Virus record (IMG/VR): IMGVR_UViG_3300012351_000009
DNA length: 64,000 nucleotides
Strand: one strand, 5' to 3'
From: a virus
A program made the position numbers and the translations under genes. Positions 62,190-64,000 of the stretch are shown in pieces. The stretch's first letter is position 1. Each line of letters starts with the position of its first letter. Under the pieces are notes generated by a model, which saw only the letters and a program-made list of their open reading frames with translations, made no database searches and was not told the origin of the DNA.

Positions 62190-62927
62190 CAGTACCGGCT
62201 CCGGGCAGGGCACCGGCAGGAACCAGCTCGGCTTCTCACGGAATAGCAGGGTGTGGCTCGGCATAGCCGTCAGGGTCAGGCTCAGCTTGCCAGGGTGCGC
62301 TGGGCCCGGCAGTCGCCTCGGGGATTGGCATCGCGCGGAGTGCTGGTCGAGGCATGGCAGTCGTCTCGGGGCTTGGCGGGGCAAGGCTAAGGCATGGCAA
62401 GGCTTGGCCGGAGGGCAGTGCTCGGCCGGGCCAGGAGGGCATATCTAGGCGGGGCCGGATGGGCGAGGCGTACCTGGGCGTCGCTCGGCGGGGCCGTCAA
62501 GGCATGGCAACGCCAGGCGCGGCGCAGTATGGCGCGGCCAGGCAGTCGCGGCATGGCATCCCTGGGCCGGGATTGGCAGTGTTTGGCGTGGGCCGCTCGG
62601 CGGTCAAGGCGCGGCGTCGCTCGGCTCGGAACGCAGGGCACAGCAGTCATAGCGCGGAGCGGAATGGCCAGCCTGGCCTGGCAAAGCTGGGCATGGCGCG
62701 GCAGTCGCCGCAGGGCAGAGCAAGGTGCGGCCCGGCGTCGCTCGGCCGGGCACGGCGGTCATAGCTTGGCCAGGAGCGGCAGGGCCAGGATCGGCCCGGC
62801 TAGGTGCGGCTCGGCAGTCGTAGCGCGGCAACGCTGGGCGGAGCGGGGCAGGTTTTGGCATGGCGCGGCAGTTCAGGCGGTGCGGCGCGCAGCCTGGACC
62901 GGCACGGTTCGGCGTGGTGAGGCAGTC
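62190..62927 (+). ncRNA. Array 6: largest NN-GGC pentamer array
   Basis: 62761-62819 = ATAGC TTGGC CAGGA GCGGC AGGGC CAGGA TCGGC CCGGC TAGGT GCGGC TCGGC AGTC. Confidence 0.72.
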
Positions 62928-62934
62928 CCGGTTA

Positions 62935-64000
62935 TCAGGCGGTGGTGCTGACGACCGGGGCTGCCGCGTTCTGGGCCGCCTGGATCTGCGGCGCCGCCGG
63001 GGCGACCAGGCCGTTGGACAAGTCGATCGCGAACGTGATCTCGATGTAGTTCAGCGGCACGGCCGGGCTGTAGGAGAAGGTCGCCGCGATGATCGACGGG
63101 TCCCCGCCGGGGAAGATCTCCTGGTGCACCACCAGGTTGGTGTAGCCCAGGATGACGCCCTGGGCGATGGCCTGCTGCAGGATCGAGACGATGGCGCCCT
63201 GGACGGTGACCACCATGTTCGGGGTGATCGGGGAGCCGATCAGGCCGGAGTTCTCCATCCCCTGCTGGAGCGCCACGAGCAGGGCGTCGGCCTGGCGCAC
63301 CATCGAGATCTCGCGCGTGTTCAGCGCGGCCACCTCGGTGGTCAGGCCGTGCCGCACCGCCAGCCCGCCGTTGCGGGTCTGGTAGACGACGCAGGCCCCG
63401 GCCGCCGCGGCGTTGTTCATGAACGCCGGCGTCATGGCCTGGACCTCGACCGCAGTCAGCCCCGCGAAGCCGGGCACCGACTTGCCGGTCAGGCCGGTGT
63501 TGACCGGCAGCGTGGACAGCAAGGCGGCCAGCGCGACCGCCAGGTAGCAGGACGACACCAGGAACGTCATCCGGGTCAGCGAGTTGAACGCCTGCATGAC
63601 CTCGGGGTAGACCACCACGATGCGCGAGTCGTTCAGGGTGGAGGTGAAGCCGGTGATCGCCAGGCTCGACTCGGAGTAGTCGATCGGCAGCCCGAAGAAC
63701 CCGATCCGCGGGAAGCCCTGGCCCGAGGCCGACCGCATCGCGCCGTCCAGGTCCTGAGCCAGCGACAGGGCGTACTGAGAGACATTCTGGGCCCCGGACA
63801 AGCTGGCCAGGTAGTCAGGGAAGACCGGGACGACCAGGGTCGCGGCGTAGTTGTTAGCCAGCTTGGTGTACGCGGAGATCAGCTGCTGCTCCAGCGTGCC
63901 GTCAGACGGGTTAAGCGCGACGCAGATCAGCTGGCTGGCCCCGGCGCCGAAGGCGACCTGGGCGGCGTAGCTCAGCGGGTTGGCCACCTGGCTGGTGTTG
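62935..64000 (-). CDS. Tail sheath protein, C-terminal part (starts beyond the window)
   Basis: NPLSYAAQVAFGAGA, GLTGKSVPGF, VRHGLTT...REISMVRQAD, FSYSPAVPLNYIEITF. Confidence 0.88.
   Translation of the reverse strand, partial: NTSQVANPLSYAAQVAFGAGASQLICVALNPSDGTLEQQLISAYTKLANNYAATLVVPVFPDYLASLSGAQNVSQYALSLAQDLDGAMRSASGQGFPRIGFFGLPIDYSESSLAITGFTSTLNDSRIVVVYPEVMQAFNSLTRMTFLVSSCYLAVALAALLSTLPVNTGLTGKSVPGFAGLTAVEVQAMTPAFMNNAAAAGACVVYQTRNGGLAVRHGLTTEVAALNTREISMVRQADALLVALQQGMENSGLIGSPITPNMVVTVQGAIVSILQQAIAQGVILGYTNLVVHQEIFPGGDPSIIAATFSYSPAVPLNYIEITFAIDLSNGLVAPAAPQIQAAQNAAAPVVSTTA

Noticed and set aside
25155-62927. Calling the arrays CRISPR or TIGR arrays
   Set aside because: There is no long constant repeat alternating with unique spacers, and no cas1/cas2 or Nop-domain gene; constancy is at the trinucleotide level
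25022-62951. ORFs over the arrays (e.g. 25145..25654, 40723..41175, 58036..58476, 62394..62951) with ARQG/LPCLA-type repeats
   Set aside because: They are the translation products of a 5-nt periodic sequence in several frames and both strands, with no RBS or codon bias; the conserved period is 5, not 3

Overview
The window is 64 kb from a large, high-GC tailed phage genome with a contractile (myovirus-type) tail, most likely infecting an actinobacterium. The host call rests on Rpf, GH25-PGBD endolysin and a gene set reminiscent of cluster-C/Bxz1-like mycobacteriophages. Most genes lie on the minus strand. Left part (1-22 kb): terminase large subunit (5' part), a probable small subunit, RuvC-like and Hjc-like resolvases, a PD-(D/E)XK exonuclease, RecA-like recombinase, DnaE, SSB, a J-domain-like protein, Prim-Pol/D5 primase-helicase with an adjacent iteron/inverted-repeat origin candidate, and a 5'-3' exonuclease. 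Right part (23-64 kb): minor structural proteins, endolysin, SNF2 and DinG helicases, baseplate wedge/J/gp25/spike/hub, tRNA-fMet, NlpC/P60 and LysM-Rpf genes, tape measure, frameshifted tail chaperones, tail tube and tail sheath (3' part). The outstanding observation is six separate intergenic arrays built of NN-GGC pentamers and cut into units of roughly 39-69 nt by a phase-breaking AGYC tetramer. Each array has its own promoter-like motif, and five are antisense to the virion operon. They look like arrays of programmable guide RNAs with variable dinucleotides on a constant trinucleotide scaffold (VIPR-like, from my recollection of that family). I could not recognise a cognate RAMP-like effector gene inside this window. 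No database searches were run, so all product calls come from motif recognition.
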